This document shows, one piece after another, positions 47,943-61,043 of a stretch of 64,000 bases of DNA. Each line of letters starts with the position of its first letter. The stretch's first letter is position 1. The translations under genes were made by a program, and so were the position numbers. Origin of the DNA: Moniliella sp. 'wahieum' (Eukaryota); assembly GCA_003971905.1 (NCBI GenBank), contig RSEE01000014.1, positions 186,001-250,000 of the forward strand, read 5' to 3'. Under the pieces are notes generated by a model, which did no database searches, was not told the origin of the DNA, and saw nothing but the letters and a program-made list of their open reading frames with translations.

Positions 47943-50900
47943 ATGAGCGACGACCGCCTGCTCACCATCCCCGTGGGTGGCAACCAGTACATCGACGTCG
48001 ACCCACCCGTCTCTTTGCCCCCCGCCGTGCCCAACGAGGAGGCGGTCGACTTTGACTTCCTTCTCCAAGTCTTGGGCGATGAGCGCCCCCCGCCCAAGTA
48101 CTGGCTCGGTCGCTGCATACTGTGCCGCCAATGGCCATCCTGCTGAGGCCGAGGAGGTGTGTCGCGCCGTGCAATTAGCATCTTTGGCCGTCTCGCCCGG
48201 GGATGCGCCTGCTCCCGAGCTCGTCGGTGTTTACAATCCATTGCGTCCCTCCTTCTCGCCCGCGCCCGCGACGCTCCTACGTCCCTTCTCCCGGATGCTC
48301 GCTTCAAGATCCTTGATCCCAAGGCTGTTCCTCTTCGTTCGGCCTTGTTTTCGGAAGCGGACACGCTTCTGCGCCAAGCTGAATCTCTTGCTCATCTTGT
48401 CCGCCCTCCCCCTGCCGGCCACCCAACCCATTTGCCTATGCCCGCCAGCTCACCGACCTGTCCAAGGGCGTTCTGTTTCTATCCCGGGACATGCGTGATC
48501 AGGCCATGTCTGCGTTCGAAAAGATCTTGGCCAGTCGCCCGTACCACGCGATCGCGCTGCTGGGCAAAGGATGCCTGCTGCTGCGTCGCAAGAGCAGCGA
48601 GGCGCTAGCGGTGTACCAAGTGGCGCTGCACGTATATGTGGCTCAAAGCTCACTGGTCCTGACCCACGGATTGGTATCGGGTTGGCGTACTGGGGCCTGG
48701 AGCGTTACAGTGAGGCACGCCGAGCGTGGCGTCGCAGCTTGGTGTTGGACCCGACGAACCACAGCGCGTTGACACTGCTCGGTCTCTCGTCGCTCTACCT
48801 GTTCAAGTCCAGTTCCCCGCTTCTTTCTCAGGGCGGAAACGAGGACGCCCTGCGCCAAGACTACTATGCAGAGGGCATCCGCCTCCTTTCGCGAGCTTTC
48901 CACATCAACGATCGCACTGCCATCACGGCCGTCGCCTTGGCAGAGCACACTTTATCAGCAAGGCCACCTTGGTGATCTCCTCTGGTCTCCTCTCTGACGA
49001 GTCTGACACGCACTGGGAAGTCGTACGTGACATGTTGAACCGCGCCTTGACGCTGGGAGAGCAAGCGATCCAGTATGCCGATGCGTCCCGCTCCACGATC
49101 CAAGCCAAGCTCCAACACGCGCGCGCACTTCATTTCATGTCCTACCTTCCTGGTGGCGAGATCGCGCTTCGAACGGTAGCCCAGCGCTTCTATACCTCCG
49201 TTTTGGAGGACAGTACCCGCTTGGCCCTGGCGCGCAGCTCGGGGCAGCTGCGGGTACCGTAGCAACCAAACACATTCCTCCCCCTGAAGCCCTCGCAGCC
49301 ATCGGTTTGGCCCAGATTCAAATTTCGACCGGAAGCACCGCACCGGCCAAGGAGACGCTGCTGAAGTACACTACCAAGGCCATGACCGGCGGTTCGAGCG
49401 GGGTGGAGATCCTTTTGTTGGCTGCTGCCCTGCGTGCGCGGCAGAACAACAGCGAAGAGCCTCGGCAGATGCTGGAGCGTGCTCTCAAGGTAATTGAAGC
49501 AGCACAAGAGCAAGTGGGGGTGGATGAGACGATGCGGGTGGCTGGCCAAGGCCCGATGTTTAGTGCATCAGGCGATCCCCATCAAGTACCCTGGAAGGGA
49601 GAGCAACTTTACACGGGCTCGGTCCATGCGCTTGCTCGCCTGGGGCAGCAAGATCCCTACATCTACATTGACTTGGCCCAAATGGTCCAGACGCAGGATT
49701 CTGGTCTGGCTGGAAGAGCATACGCATCGGCGCTTAGAATTCTCAATGAGCGTGGCTTGGGGCCGCGCGATCAGATGCTGGCCTACCGTGTGCGGGCCAA
49801 TCTGGCTGCCCTCATTGCTCTTGGGTCCCAATTGTCGGATGCGGAAGTGGAGGAAAAGACGGCATCGCTCAACTTGGCTTTGGATGAGATCCAAGGCGTG
49901 CTGGCTCAAGTTGGGAGCAACAAGGACGAACCAATCCGGGTTGTTTCGCAGTACAATCTCGGTCGCACCTATGAACTGGCGGGGAAGCGCGCTGACGCAC
50001 AGCACGCGTACGAGCAGCTGCTCCAGGAGCACCCTGAGTATGTCGACGCCAAGGTCCGTCTGGCGCTCATGTACAGCGACCACAAGGCCAGTCGGGAGGA
50101 ACGAGACCATGCATACACTCTGTTCCGCGAGTCGATTGCCTCGGCCCCGGCCAACCTGGATGCTCGGCTAGCCTATGCAGTTTTCTTGGCTGGTGAGTTG
50201 CCCGGGTCGCCCTCGAACGTCAACTGGCTCAGTCTCCGAGACTTTTTGGCAGAGCCGCTCAAGCCGCCTGACATGGGTGCCTCGACGTTTGGTTCCAAAG
50301 CAGCAGCAGCCGAGCTGCAGGCCAAAGCGCGTCGGGACGCCACATCGCTGGCTGCGCTCGGCTGGTCCTACTACCAAACCGTTTTGGCCCAGCGTAACAA
50401 GCCCGCTGCAGGCAAGACGGCGGAGCAGGCCAAGGCGGAGCGGACCAAGGGGTTGTTCCGTGCAGTTGACCTCTTTGACCGGGCGATTGCGGTGGACAAA
50501 AAGTGTGCCTTTGCTGCCCAAGGCTTGGCCATCTTACTCAGCGAGGATGTGTTTGAGATCACTGAGCGCGGTTCCAACCTCTCCCTTCAGGAACGCTATC
50601 ATCGGAACGCGGACGAGGCCATCTCGATCTTGTCTAAGGTCCGCGAGGTCCGCAACGATGCCAGTGTGCACATTTGTATTGGCCATGCCCTGATGCGCAA
50701 GAAAGAGTATTTCCGAGCAATCAAGAGTGTACGTCCTGCCCTCTCACATTCCTTTGTCTGTCTGACTGCCATACTGACCTTCTCTGGTGATGGCAGTACG
50801 AGCTTGCTGAAAGCCTGTACCATCCTCAGGGGTTGCTACTTACTTCGTTGCTGCAGAGCATGGCCCGAGCCGAGTATGCCGAGGGGCTTTTGGTCCGCTC

Positions 50901-51987
50901 CCCTACGCACTTGGGGAATGCGATTGCCTATTTGGTTCGAGCACAGCGTCAGCTGAAGGAGATCAATACGACCAGCTCGTTGCTTGAGGCACGGTGGGTG
51001 AGCTACAATGAGGCGGTACTGCGGCAGCGTCTGCTAGCGCTGCTGCATGACGTTGGACCGCAGTATCGTTCTGCCAAGGAGATGCGTGAGGCGATCGAAG
51101 GAATGAAGCAGGCAGTGGAGCTGATGACGAGCTTGACCCCGTTGGCCTCGGCGCGCCAATTGTCTCATATTACTGCGGATGTGGTGGAGCAACGGATCAA
51201 GTTTGCGACAGGCACTCTGTTGCCCCAAGCCGAAGTCGACTTGGCGCAGCAAGAAGCGTATGAAGCGCAGGAGCAGACCAAGATCAAGGCGGCGGAGGAG
51301 ACGCGGGCTGAACGACAACGTCTGCTCGCCGAGAAGGCGCAAGAGGCCGAGGCGGAGCGGCAGCGTCGGGCGGAAGAACTGGTGCGCCGTCGCGAGGTGG
51401 CGAAGGAACAGTTGAACGAGAAGCTCGACTGGTCCGTGCTCGAGGCTGTGGGGCAAGAGAAGAAGGCACCGCGCCCCAAGAAGGACAAGGCATCGAAAAA
51501 GAAGGGTCGCAAGAACCAGCGTGGGGAAGGAGAAGGCGACGATGCCGTTCTCTCGGATGGAAGCGATCTCTTTGCTTCGGCTGGTTCCGACGCGGACGAT
51601 GGAGATCCCGAGGAAGCCGAGGCCAAGCGGCAACGCAAAGCGAACGCAGCCTTGGCCCGAATCAAGAAGTCCAAGAGCAAGAAGGGCACGGGTAAGGGTA
51701 AGAGCAAGGGCAAAGGGCGTGGCAAGCGTCGCACTCGTAAGGTTGCCAGTGACGAGTCGGGTGATGAGGAGGACACCCCTCCCGATCTCAACGATGAGTC
51801 GGAGGAGTCGGGGAGTGAGTCGGATGCCCGTCCGAAGAAACGGGCGCGGAAATCAACTCAAATGTAAGTGCCTTTCTGACTTGTTGTATACTAAGTGCAA
51901 GGAAACTGAACACTTTTTCTTCCTTTCCTCCTCCTGTTTGGCAGTATGGACGACGACGACATCATCGACTCGGACGAAGAGTTTTGA
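47943..51987 (+). CDS. CTR9: Paf1 complex TPR subunit Ctr9
   Basis: TPR-rich: PDPRIGIGLAYW, YNLGRTYE..YEQLLQEHPEYVDAKVRL, FAAQGLAILLSED, AISILSKVREVRNDASVHICIGHAL; K/D/E-rich tail ending IIDSDEEF*. Introns near 50729 and 51864. Confidence 0.9.
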
Positions 51988-52851
51988 TTGTGGGCGTGGT
52001 TGTGGTTCGGTTAGCGCACTCCCAAAAAAATGCACCTTGTATCGACTGTTTGTTTGTTCTTGTCGTTGTGTCTCTAGCATGAGAGAGCGTCAGTGCATGC
52101 TACATGTTGCATTTGACGATTCAAGTTTCGACAGGCATCCGTCCGTGGTCCGGAGCCACCTTCCCACCCCGCTTTACTCCTCCACGCCCCTCACCTCCAC
52201 ACACGCAGTGACAGCGACAGGAAGGGAAGGGTGGTCTATATACTGTTTGGGGAAAGACTGCGGGGTTTACAGTGCCATTAGTCAGGCCTCAGACAAAGCA
52301 TCATCACTTTCTGAAGAGGTTGACAATCTCACAATATTGGCTGCATTCCTTTGGCCAAAAGTCCTCCTAACATCCTGTGCCCCAGGCACCGCTTCCCCTT
52401 TCCCCTCGACTACTTGCGCATAAGTCCAGTGAAGCCCGCAGAAGCAGGGAAAATGCCACTGGCCGTTGTCCCATAATACACACACCCGTACCTTCACCAT
52501 CACTTTGGTTGCCATGAAAGCTTCAAACCCACAATCGAATCGCCTGCGGACTGGATCTGGGTGTATGCTCTGTTGTGGCTTCGTAACTCCTGCCCACTCG
52601 ACGGTTACAGCTTGATTAAGGGCTTGGTGTTCGGCGTATTTGTGCGCCATCTCCGTCCGTATACTCTACTACCACTCAGCTCCTGCCCAAGTGTTGGGCG
52701 TACCCGCGTACCCGCGTCACCGCTGCTGGTTATAATACGAGGCGTTACATGTTATCCTTGGCACCATCTGCTCAATGTACTACAACACTTGGTGCTATAG
52801 GGCGCGTAGACATATTTTTTTCTTCTTTCTCCTCCAAGATACCTGCCCACA

Positions 52852-54725
52852 TCAGGCCGATTCGTCCTTGTTGTCCTTGAGCATCTCGCCCGCCTTTTCT
52901 GCGACAATAGCTTCGTCCTGGAGCTTGCGCGCATGGATGGCGGTCAAGACATGTTTGACGTTGGCCGAAGGGATGCCCTGGCGACGGGTCATGAGCGTCG
53001 AAGGGATGCTGGCCACCAACGCGCCCGTCGAGTCGTACGCGTCCACCGGCTTGAGCAACTTGACCCCGCGCCAGCGTGTCATCACACGGAACGGATCACC
53101 GCGGATCATCATCTTGGACCGCTCATAAGCAATGTCGTCAGCCGACAAGGTCTTGCTAAAGGTCGGCATCACCTCGGGCCAAATAAAGGGCTCGAGCAAG
53201 CCCACTTCGAACTTCTTGAACGAAGGTCGGCCACCATCACGGGTCTTTTTACCAGTCAACGGGTTGCGACGGATGTGGGGGCGGAAGATCATGGAACGGA
53301 TAAAGGTGGTGCGCAATCCATAAACGGCCAAAAGGTAGCTACGCAATTGATGTTTGTCCACGCCGACAGAGGTGCGGAAGGTGGCCTTCCACGCATCGTA
53401 CGGCTTGCCCTGGGGGTGTAGTTCTTGACCATGCGAATGCGCATATCGGGCAAGAATTCCAGCTCACCCGCCCGTTCCGGCTGGGCGTACCAACGCGGCA
53501 TGGTCAAGTCAAACCCTTGGTCGACAAGGAGTTGTCGACGTACACCAAGCTCCGATCGCGGTTGTGCCAGCGGCAAGGAACTCCTCGTTGCGCTGAGCGG
53601 GTGTCATGGACATCCAATCGATGAACGCTTCCTGCTCCTCGGCAGCATCGAGTCGGCGCCCTTGCTGAGGAACTCGGAGAGAGCGACCTGCTGCGACTCG
53701 ACCGAAGTGGCAAGCTGGAAGCATGTCGGCCTTGTTGGTGACATCCATGCCTTGCATGTACTCGATTTGTTTTGCAAGACGGCTTTGCGTTTTTTGAGCG
53801 AGCGCACGTACTCGGCTTCTTCTGCCTCGATCGCCTTCAACTTAGCCTCGGGTAGCCTCTTGCACTTATTGGCAAACTGGGCTTGACTCCTCGTGCTGAA
53901 CAAGCAACGTGTCAACCTGGGTAATCATTTGTTCCATCTTGGCCACCCGTTCCTTGATCACCTCCTCCGACGGAAAGGGTACCCCGAGGTAACCCAGTTG
54001 CGCCAACCAAGGCGACGAATGCAATCGTACCGCACCTGGAGCATAGCGGCGGACTGGTCGGCTTCGCCCAAGGACTGCCAGATAGGCCAAAGGATGGTAT
54101 CAATCTCGGACTCGAGTTCGGACGGGGTCAAGGCAGTGTAATAATCCTCGTACGGCAGCTCGCCCGAAATCCACGATTCCACATCGACCAAATCTTCGCT
54201 CGACTCGGGCACTTGGTTCCCGGTATCCTTGAGGTAGGCGTGCAATTGCTCCTGCGACGGACGCCAAAGCATCGAGCGCGCCTGGACAAAGCGCCGCTTT
54301 TCATACGAGAGGGACGGGAGGTGGACCTTTCCAATGGACGCTCTCGCCTGGTGGTACAAGCCACCACCGCGGCTGCGGGACAAGCGGCCGACGTAAGTAA
54401 GTCTGCGCACCATCTTCTTGTACACTCTGGCCTGGCGCATGGCGTGCTTGCGGGTGGGGTCGGCAAAGGGGATGCGCTTGGGCTTTTTCGTGTGCGACAG
54501 GGGGTTTTCGGGGGCGATCACACGGGCCTGGAGAGCGGTCTGGTTGGCGGCGGCAGCGACGACGGGGGAAGCCTGGGCGGCGGGGGCGGGCACGTCGGCT
54601 GCGTCGGAGGCGGTGGCAAGCATGCGCTTGGCGATGGGGACGAGGGGGCGGCGGGGCGCGCGCGGCGAGGCGGCGGCCGCCGCGTGGGCAACGGCGCGGC
54701 GCACGGCAGACGTCAGCCGGTACAT
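52852..54725 (-). CDS. Mitochondrial ribosomal protein uL23m (Mrp20) with a long N-terminal extension
   Basis: C-terminal FLPDMRIRMVKN..VDKHQLRSYLLAVYGLRTTFIRS..FKKFEVGLLEPFIWPE; presequence-like start MYRLTSAVRRAVAHAAAA. Frameshifts between segments. Confidence 0.78.
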
Positions 54726-55078
54726 CGGATCCTTCGTGGTCGTCGGAGCGCAGAAGGCAGAGCGAGCGCTGGCCGGCCAAACATTCTCGGCGTCCATTCC
54801 GCCGCGGGCGGAACTTAGGTGTGGCGGACCCCTTGCAATTGCGGTTGAAACGTAAAAAAAGAAAACACATCCCAACCATGCCATGTTGCACTGCAACGAC
54901 CAGTGGGTTATGACTGCTACTGCTACTGCTACTACTCTCTCCTGCTGCCCTATCCGCGTCACCTGCTGGCCCCCTCGCTTAGGGTCCGTGGCGTTTTGTG
55001 TTGCATTCTGGTCGCGTCTCTGGGGGCCCTGGTCTCGGACGCGCAATACCATATGCCAGCTCACGCCCACGCTCACGC

Positions 55079-56310
55079 TTACGCCCACTCCCTCGGCTCC
55101 CGCAGCACCGCAACCGTCTTACGTTCGGCCTCGCCTTCGCCCGGCGGCGCCCGCTCGATGCCCGTGTCGGGTCCCGAGAAGCGTTCCATGTACTGCCATC
55201 CGGCTTGGAGCGGCAGCTCATCAGGATGCTCTCGATGCGCGCGCCGGGCGTCTGGAGTCCAAACTTGGTCCCGCGGTCGTACACAAGGTTGAACTCGACG
55301 TAGCGGCCGAGTCGGATCTGTTGCCAGGCGAGGTCGTGGTCGGTGTAAGGAGTAGCTTTGCGTTTTTCGACAATGGGTACGTAGGCCGGGACAAAAGCGT
55401 CGCCGAGGCTACGCACCGTAGCAAACAAGCTCTCCAGATCATGTTTTTGGCTCGACACGGCCGTTTGGGGCGCATGCTTCGTACCGTCAAAGAGCGAGAT
55501 GTGAGCGGGTTCCAACGGGTCGGACAGAGCAAGGTCATCAAAAAAGATGCCCCCGACACCGCGGTTTTCGTTGCGATGAGGGATCCAAAAGTACTTATCG
55601 CACCACCGTTTCCAGGCAGGGTAAAACCCCGTGTCGTGCTTGTCGGCGGCCTGCTTGAGCGTCTGGTGGAAATGAGTGGCATCTTCCTCGTTGAGGTACA
55701 TGGGCGTCAAGTCGGCGCCCCCGCCAAACCACCACGCCACAGGCTCCGTCTTGCCATCGTCGCCCTTCTTGGCCTGTTCAAACCTAGGGTTGGCCGATCC
55801 ATCCTTGAGAGTGGGCGGGTGGGTAAGCTCAAAGTAGCGGTAATTCAAGTGGGTGGTAGGGCAAAACGGGTTTTTGGGGTGGATCACCATGCTCAGTCCA
55901 GCGGCATAAAACGGCAAGCCAGTGATCTCGGCTGCGGAGCCATCGATTTTGTACCCCGTCTTTTCGACCAAATTGGAATGGTTGGCGCTCATCTGCCGAA
56001 TGGCAGCAGGCGGCAGGTGACCATGGACAATGGAGATGTTGACGCCAGCCTTGTTGAACGTCTCGCCACCCTGGACGACACAGGAGATCCCTTCGCCACC
56101 TTCCTTGCGGGTCCACTGGTCCACAATGAACTTCTCGCTGGGTTCGGTCGCTTGAAGCGCCTGGACGATCCGGTACTGGAGATCCTTAATGTAGGTCTCC
56201 ATACGCAACCGCATCGGCTTGGACGGATCGTCCAGTACCTTGAGATCCAGCTTGGAGACATCGGGCAGGTTGGCCTTGGAGGATTTCCAAGCGTCGGTCG
56301 AAGCAGACAT
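55079..56310 (-). CDS. HEM13: Oxygen-dependent coproporphyrinogen III oxidase
   Basis: GGEGISCVVQGG..KAGVNIS, AGLSMVIHPKNPFCPTTHLNYRYFE, WWFGGGADLTP, RGVGGIFFDD, GRYVEFNLVYDRGTKFGL. One frameshift after ESILMS; the restored end is ..VLREPREWA*. Confidence 0.97.
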
Positions 56311-57154
56311 GGTGGGTTTGCACAGCAGAGAGAAGGGAGGAGGAGATACGATCCAAGCGGTACAACCAGGGCCTGTCTATACGCCGGCGGAAGACGAGTG
56401 GGGAGGATGGTGGGGTGAGTGACACCAGGAGTCGGAACGAAGCTCATATCCGGTTCGGGACGGTATGATCAGTGATCAGTGATCGATGATCTCGTCCGAG
56501 ATTGGCCCAGGCGGGAATCCACCAAGCCGAAGCTAATAGCCGGTAACCCTGACGCTCTACCGGCCGGTCTGAGTGGCTGACCAATAGGAGGGGGATTGAT
56601 TCGAGCGGTGGAAGCACAATCGCCAGATCGCTACCACAACCACCCAATTGCATTGCCACTCCTCAGGCCACCGCTGTCCTGGATCCCCTCTTCTCACCAT
56701 CTTCATCTTCTTCATCTTCTTCTTCCAAGCCAGCACGTGGATGGCACGCTTAGCTGATCTCTCTACCTACGTGTCAACCCAACACAAGCTAACCCAACCC
56801 AAGCCAAACCAAGCCATGCACCCAAGCCATGCACCCTCCCAACCCCCAGGGCCTCAAGGCCTCATCTGATACATCCACCGCAAGGCGAAAAAGCAACGAA
56901 GCAAGGTCATTGGTAATTGGTAGAGATGAGCAAGCACTCCCGCTAGGCCGGTCGACCGTCCCATTGCATCTCCCTGCCTTTTCTGAGGGGCATAGGGGGG
57001 GGGGGGGGACAGAGAGAAATGGAAGACGGAGGATGGAGGAAGGCCGTGGGAGACCAACGTGGGAGACCAACGTGGGACACCAACGCGGGACACCAACGTG
57101 GGAAAAAGGAACGAAGGAACGAGGACGGTGGAACGGTGGGGGGAGAGGCGACGA

Positions 57155-60100
57155 TTACTTGGCCGCATTGACGCGTTCGCGCAACTTATTGAGGAACTGA
57201 GCGTACGACACGCCGCCCGGTCCCGGGTCGCGATCTTCAATCAACTGGCGCAGGGCCCATTGGCGCAACGACGGGTCGCCACCTTCCTTGACCACGTAAA
57301 GGGTAGGGTAGAAGGGGCCCTTGCGCACCGTGCGAAGGTAGTCAACCAATGCACGCACCCGTACGTTCATCTTATTCTCCAGCTCGGGCAGGAGGGTCTG
57401 TGAGGCGGAATGGTAAAGGGGTCGGGTCAGTCGCCGAAACAAAGATAAGAGGAGGGAGGGGGAAGGGAAGGAGGAGAGATACGGTACCTTGCCACCAGGC
57501 ACGTCGGCTTGGTTGTCCACGCCAAACACGTCAATCATGAGTTGTGGTACGGCATCGCGACCCAACCAGAGGAACAAGGTGAGTCCATCGTCAATCAGGT
57601 ACAAGCCATGCCGTTCAAACTTTTCCGATGTCAAGTTAAGCCGGGGCGGGAGGACAAAGTGGCCGCCTTGCGCGGTCTCGTCGGGGGAAGAAAGGGAGGG
57701 GGGGGAGGGAGACGCGACCCAGGTTCCGGCCAAAGCGGGCATGTTGTGCAACGAGTACAGATTGGGAACAAGATAGGGCAGTACCCGTTCGCTTGGCAAG
57801 GTTGTCAACAACGCCTGTGCATACGCGCGCAGATCGGGCGGCAGCTGTGCCGATTCTTTCAGTGCAGGGGTTTTGAGCAACCCAAGCACCAGCAACGGCA
57901 ACAACGCCAGGTTCGAACACATGGCCAATGCTGCCGACACGCCTCCCTGAGCGCCCGTGACAGCATGTTTGTACCCGACGAAAATGTCGATCAACTTGTT
58001 CAGCACAGCATCCCGAGCGTCTTCCAAGCGCGAAGAAAGCGAACGTTCAATGCTCTTGTTGGCCAAGAGCATGTGATCGCTTGTTGGTCCGCCGAGGCGT
58101 ACACGTCGCTCAAGTTGGTGGTGTGGGCAAGGCCAGGTTGATCACGCGAATCCGACGTTCGCCAAACGACGTTGAGTGTAGCAACACGGCCTGGAACAGA
58201 CGAGCGGGGTAGTGATGTTTTCCTCAATTTCGCATTCCACCGCATAGTTTTGGTCAAGCGGCACGGCGGACATGGCGAGCAAGTCGGAGGAGCGAACGAA
58301 AAAGTTACCGTGAAAGGCGGTGGGGCGGATGCCGCGCGAGTGCGAACGCGCAAGATGGCCTCGAGACCAATGGGCGAGCCAAGCACCTTACTAAGCTCAG
58401 TGTGGAACTTGGTGGCTTCCTCGGCGTTAGCAGCGTTAAAGCCAGGGTAGAAAAACGTTTCGCCACCCGTGTAACGGGGCAAGCAAGCCAAACTTGCCAC
58501 ATCCGTGTACCGCGAACTGAACAGCCACATATCCACCGACACTTGAGCCCGAGCACAATCAATCGGGAAGGTTTTGTAAACTGCGAGCCGGCTTGGAGCA
58601 AGCTCGATTCCTTGGCCGTGCCAAGCAACTTGGGATCGTCCCGGACCTTGAGCGGACCCAGGCCCAATGTAGGCAACGTCGAGGTCAGTGTCACGATTTT
58701 CCCGCCCGTAGGGCTAACCAGTTGGAACGCCGCCTGGAGTGCCGAGCCCATCCCCGACCCCACCTGGGTCGAAGCGGCAAACATGTCCGGGAAGCCTTGG
58801 AGCAACGCTTCGATCCCAGCCCTGGCACCGGCCAAGTTCATCAAATGTCGGTGGGTTTAGGCAAGAAAGGGTCGTCGAGGTCAGACACGACGAGGATTTC
58901 AGGGTCGGAGCGGCCCTCTGCCACACTAAACACGTGCAAAGCTTGGTCAACCGCAATAAAGCCAACGCGGGTACGGCCGTCGGCATTGGGGATGTCATCA
59001 AGCGAGTCCAGGATGGTTTTGGGCGGCGAGCGGCCATGCCGTTACGGATGCTATCGACCGTCACGTCGATAAGAAAGTAGGTGGGCGCTTGAGGAGAGCG
59101 AACCATGTACTCCCTCGGCGCGATGAACTCGACAACGGCACTGTTGAGTTCCGGACGGGTACGCCGATCCCGTGGCTGGTTCGTCTCGTGATCCCAGTCA
59201 AATGTGCTGGGAACTTCGTTGCCGATCCCACAGATGGTGCACTTCCACCGATTGCCATTGTCGGTAAACTGGACAAAGGGGTTGATGTACGCGCGACACT
59301 TGCGGCACCGCACAATGATCGGTTCATCCACCAACGGCACCTGGTCCACTAGCGGTACGTCCGTCGACCCCGGTGGCGGGACGGAGCGATTGGGGGTCAA
59401 GATCAAGCCGAGCGGAATGTTGGTCTTGGCCAGCAGCGCTGCCGTGGTTGGGATGGCAGCGAGCGTGCACCGCTGCCACACCGGGTCGGCATTGACGACG
59501 GGGCTCGTGGTCAAGGTGGCGTAAGAAGGAAGTTTGGGCGAAGGCGGGCGGGCGTCGGAAGCATATGGGTCGGGAGCCATGCCGCTCAAATTAACCGTCG
59601 ACAGCGCAGGGCCTTGGGGAGGGAGGAAGCCATTGCCATCCATCCCACCTGGTGCCATACCCATGGGAGCAGGGGCGCCATTGGCAGCAAGGTGCATGCC
59701 GGCCATCTGGTGCGCCAAGGCACTGGGATCGTGACCGCCCATGGCGGGCACGCCTGCCGGCATGCCGGCAAAGTCGCTGGCGGGGAGCGGGGCTACGCCA
59801 TACGCAACCGCCTCATTGACAGCCTGCGAAGGCATGACCGCCGGTGTATCCGGCGCACCGGGGGTGAAGATTTCGGGCTGGCCGCTCATAGCAGGTGCAC
59901 CGTACCCCGAGGGCGCCGGGCCCGAGAAGGGGAAGCCGCCGGCGGCGCCGGCCTGCGGCTGCATGGGATGAGGCGGAGGGGGCGCAGACGGGCCAGGCGG
60001 GACCATGCCCATGGGCGCGGGCGTGGGGTACGCTCGCCTCCGATTGGCGGGTGCAAGCGGGGCGGGCGAAGAGCCGATGCGCGGGCCAACGGGCGGATGG

Positions 60101-60447
60101 ACAGACGGGTGGCCGGGCAAGGGGCCTGCGGCGGGCGGCGGGCGGGCGGCAGGAGGACGGGGGGAGGTGCTGGGCGGGAGAGGCATGCGCTGGGCGGGCG
60201 GGCGCGGAGAGGCGCCCGCGGGGGCAGTTAGGGGTACACCGGGGCGGGCGGGGAAGAGCCGGGTGGGATCGGGCGGCGGCCGGGCGGGACATGGGCTTGA
60301 GGCGTGAGACCGGCAGCGGGAGCAGGAGCAGGACCGGGCCTGGAGCAGACCGAGCGGGAAGAGGGTCAGACAGACGTCGCGGCAGAAGGAGGACAGGATA
60401 CGCCACCACTGCTGGCGCCAGGGGCCGTTGCCGTTGGGAACAGCCAT
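57155..60447 (-). CDS. SEC24: COPII coat subunit Sec24
   Basis: Pro-rich N-terminus; Zn finger [18 protein letters not shown]; trunk (YFLIDVT, TGGKIV, LPRYTGG); gelsolin-like [18 protein letters not shown]-terminal LIEDR..SYAQFL. Start exon uncertain. Confidence 0.93.
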
Positions 60448-61043
60448 GGAGGTGGTGGTGGTGGGGGGTGGTGGTGGTGGGGTGGCTAGGGCGTGCGGGA
60501 TGGATGGATGCTATGCTGTCTTCTGTGGGTGCTGACGTGGAGCACCGCACACTGGCGCGGCGCCTGTGCTCCCACCTGCCCAGCGACACGCCGAGCGTTT
60601 GGATCGTTTCGGGTGCTGAGCTCAGCGGCTGAGCCAACGCGAGCAACGCCACCGGGCCAGCGGGCCCGGCGACCGCGAGGCGCCTCCACGTGGCCGCCCT
60701 TGGTTTCAACTTGCCGCCGCGCTCACGTCAGCCAGCTCCTTCACATCTATCACCTAACACCTATCACACGCTGTCGACGGCTGTCTGCTGCCCACCGGCG
60801 CACGCAGAGCAGACAACCAGTCAACACGTTGATCAATAACACGAGCAGGCTAACGAACATGTCTGAACTCTGAACAGGAGGTCCACAGAGGTGCAGGCGA
60901 TTTCCCCGAGACGAGAAGGCTGGTAGGGGGAGATCGGCGGCAGAGTCGTGGCGCTAGACAGAGGGCACCTGGAGGGCGCGCCCGATAGAACAAAGATCCG
61001 TAGACCCTAGAACCACCTACAGCCAAAACGTAGAGCCAAGAGC

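Noticed and set aside
54883..56418. 511-aa plus-strand ORF (and similar long ORFs such as 22038-23243 and 20211-21272)
   Set aside because: These are antisense shadows of HEM13 and SLA1, expected in GC-rich coding DNA, and show no independent motifs.
57045..57103. Repeated CGTGGGA(G/C)ACCAA units as a CRISPR-like array
   Set aside because: The units are contiguous 13-bp tandem repeats with no spacers, in a eukaryotic 3' region.
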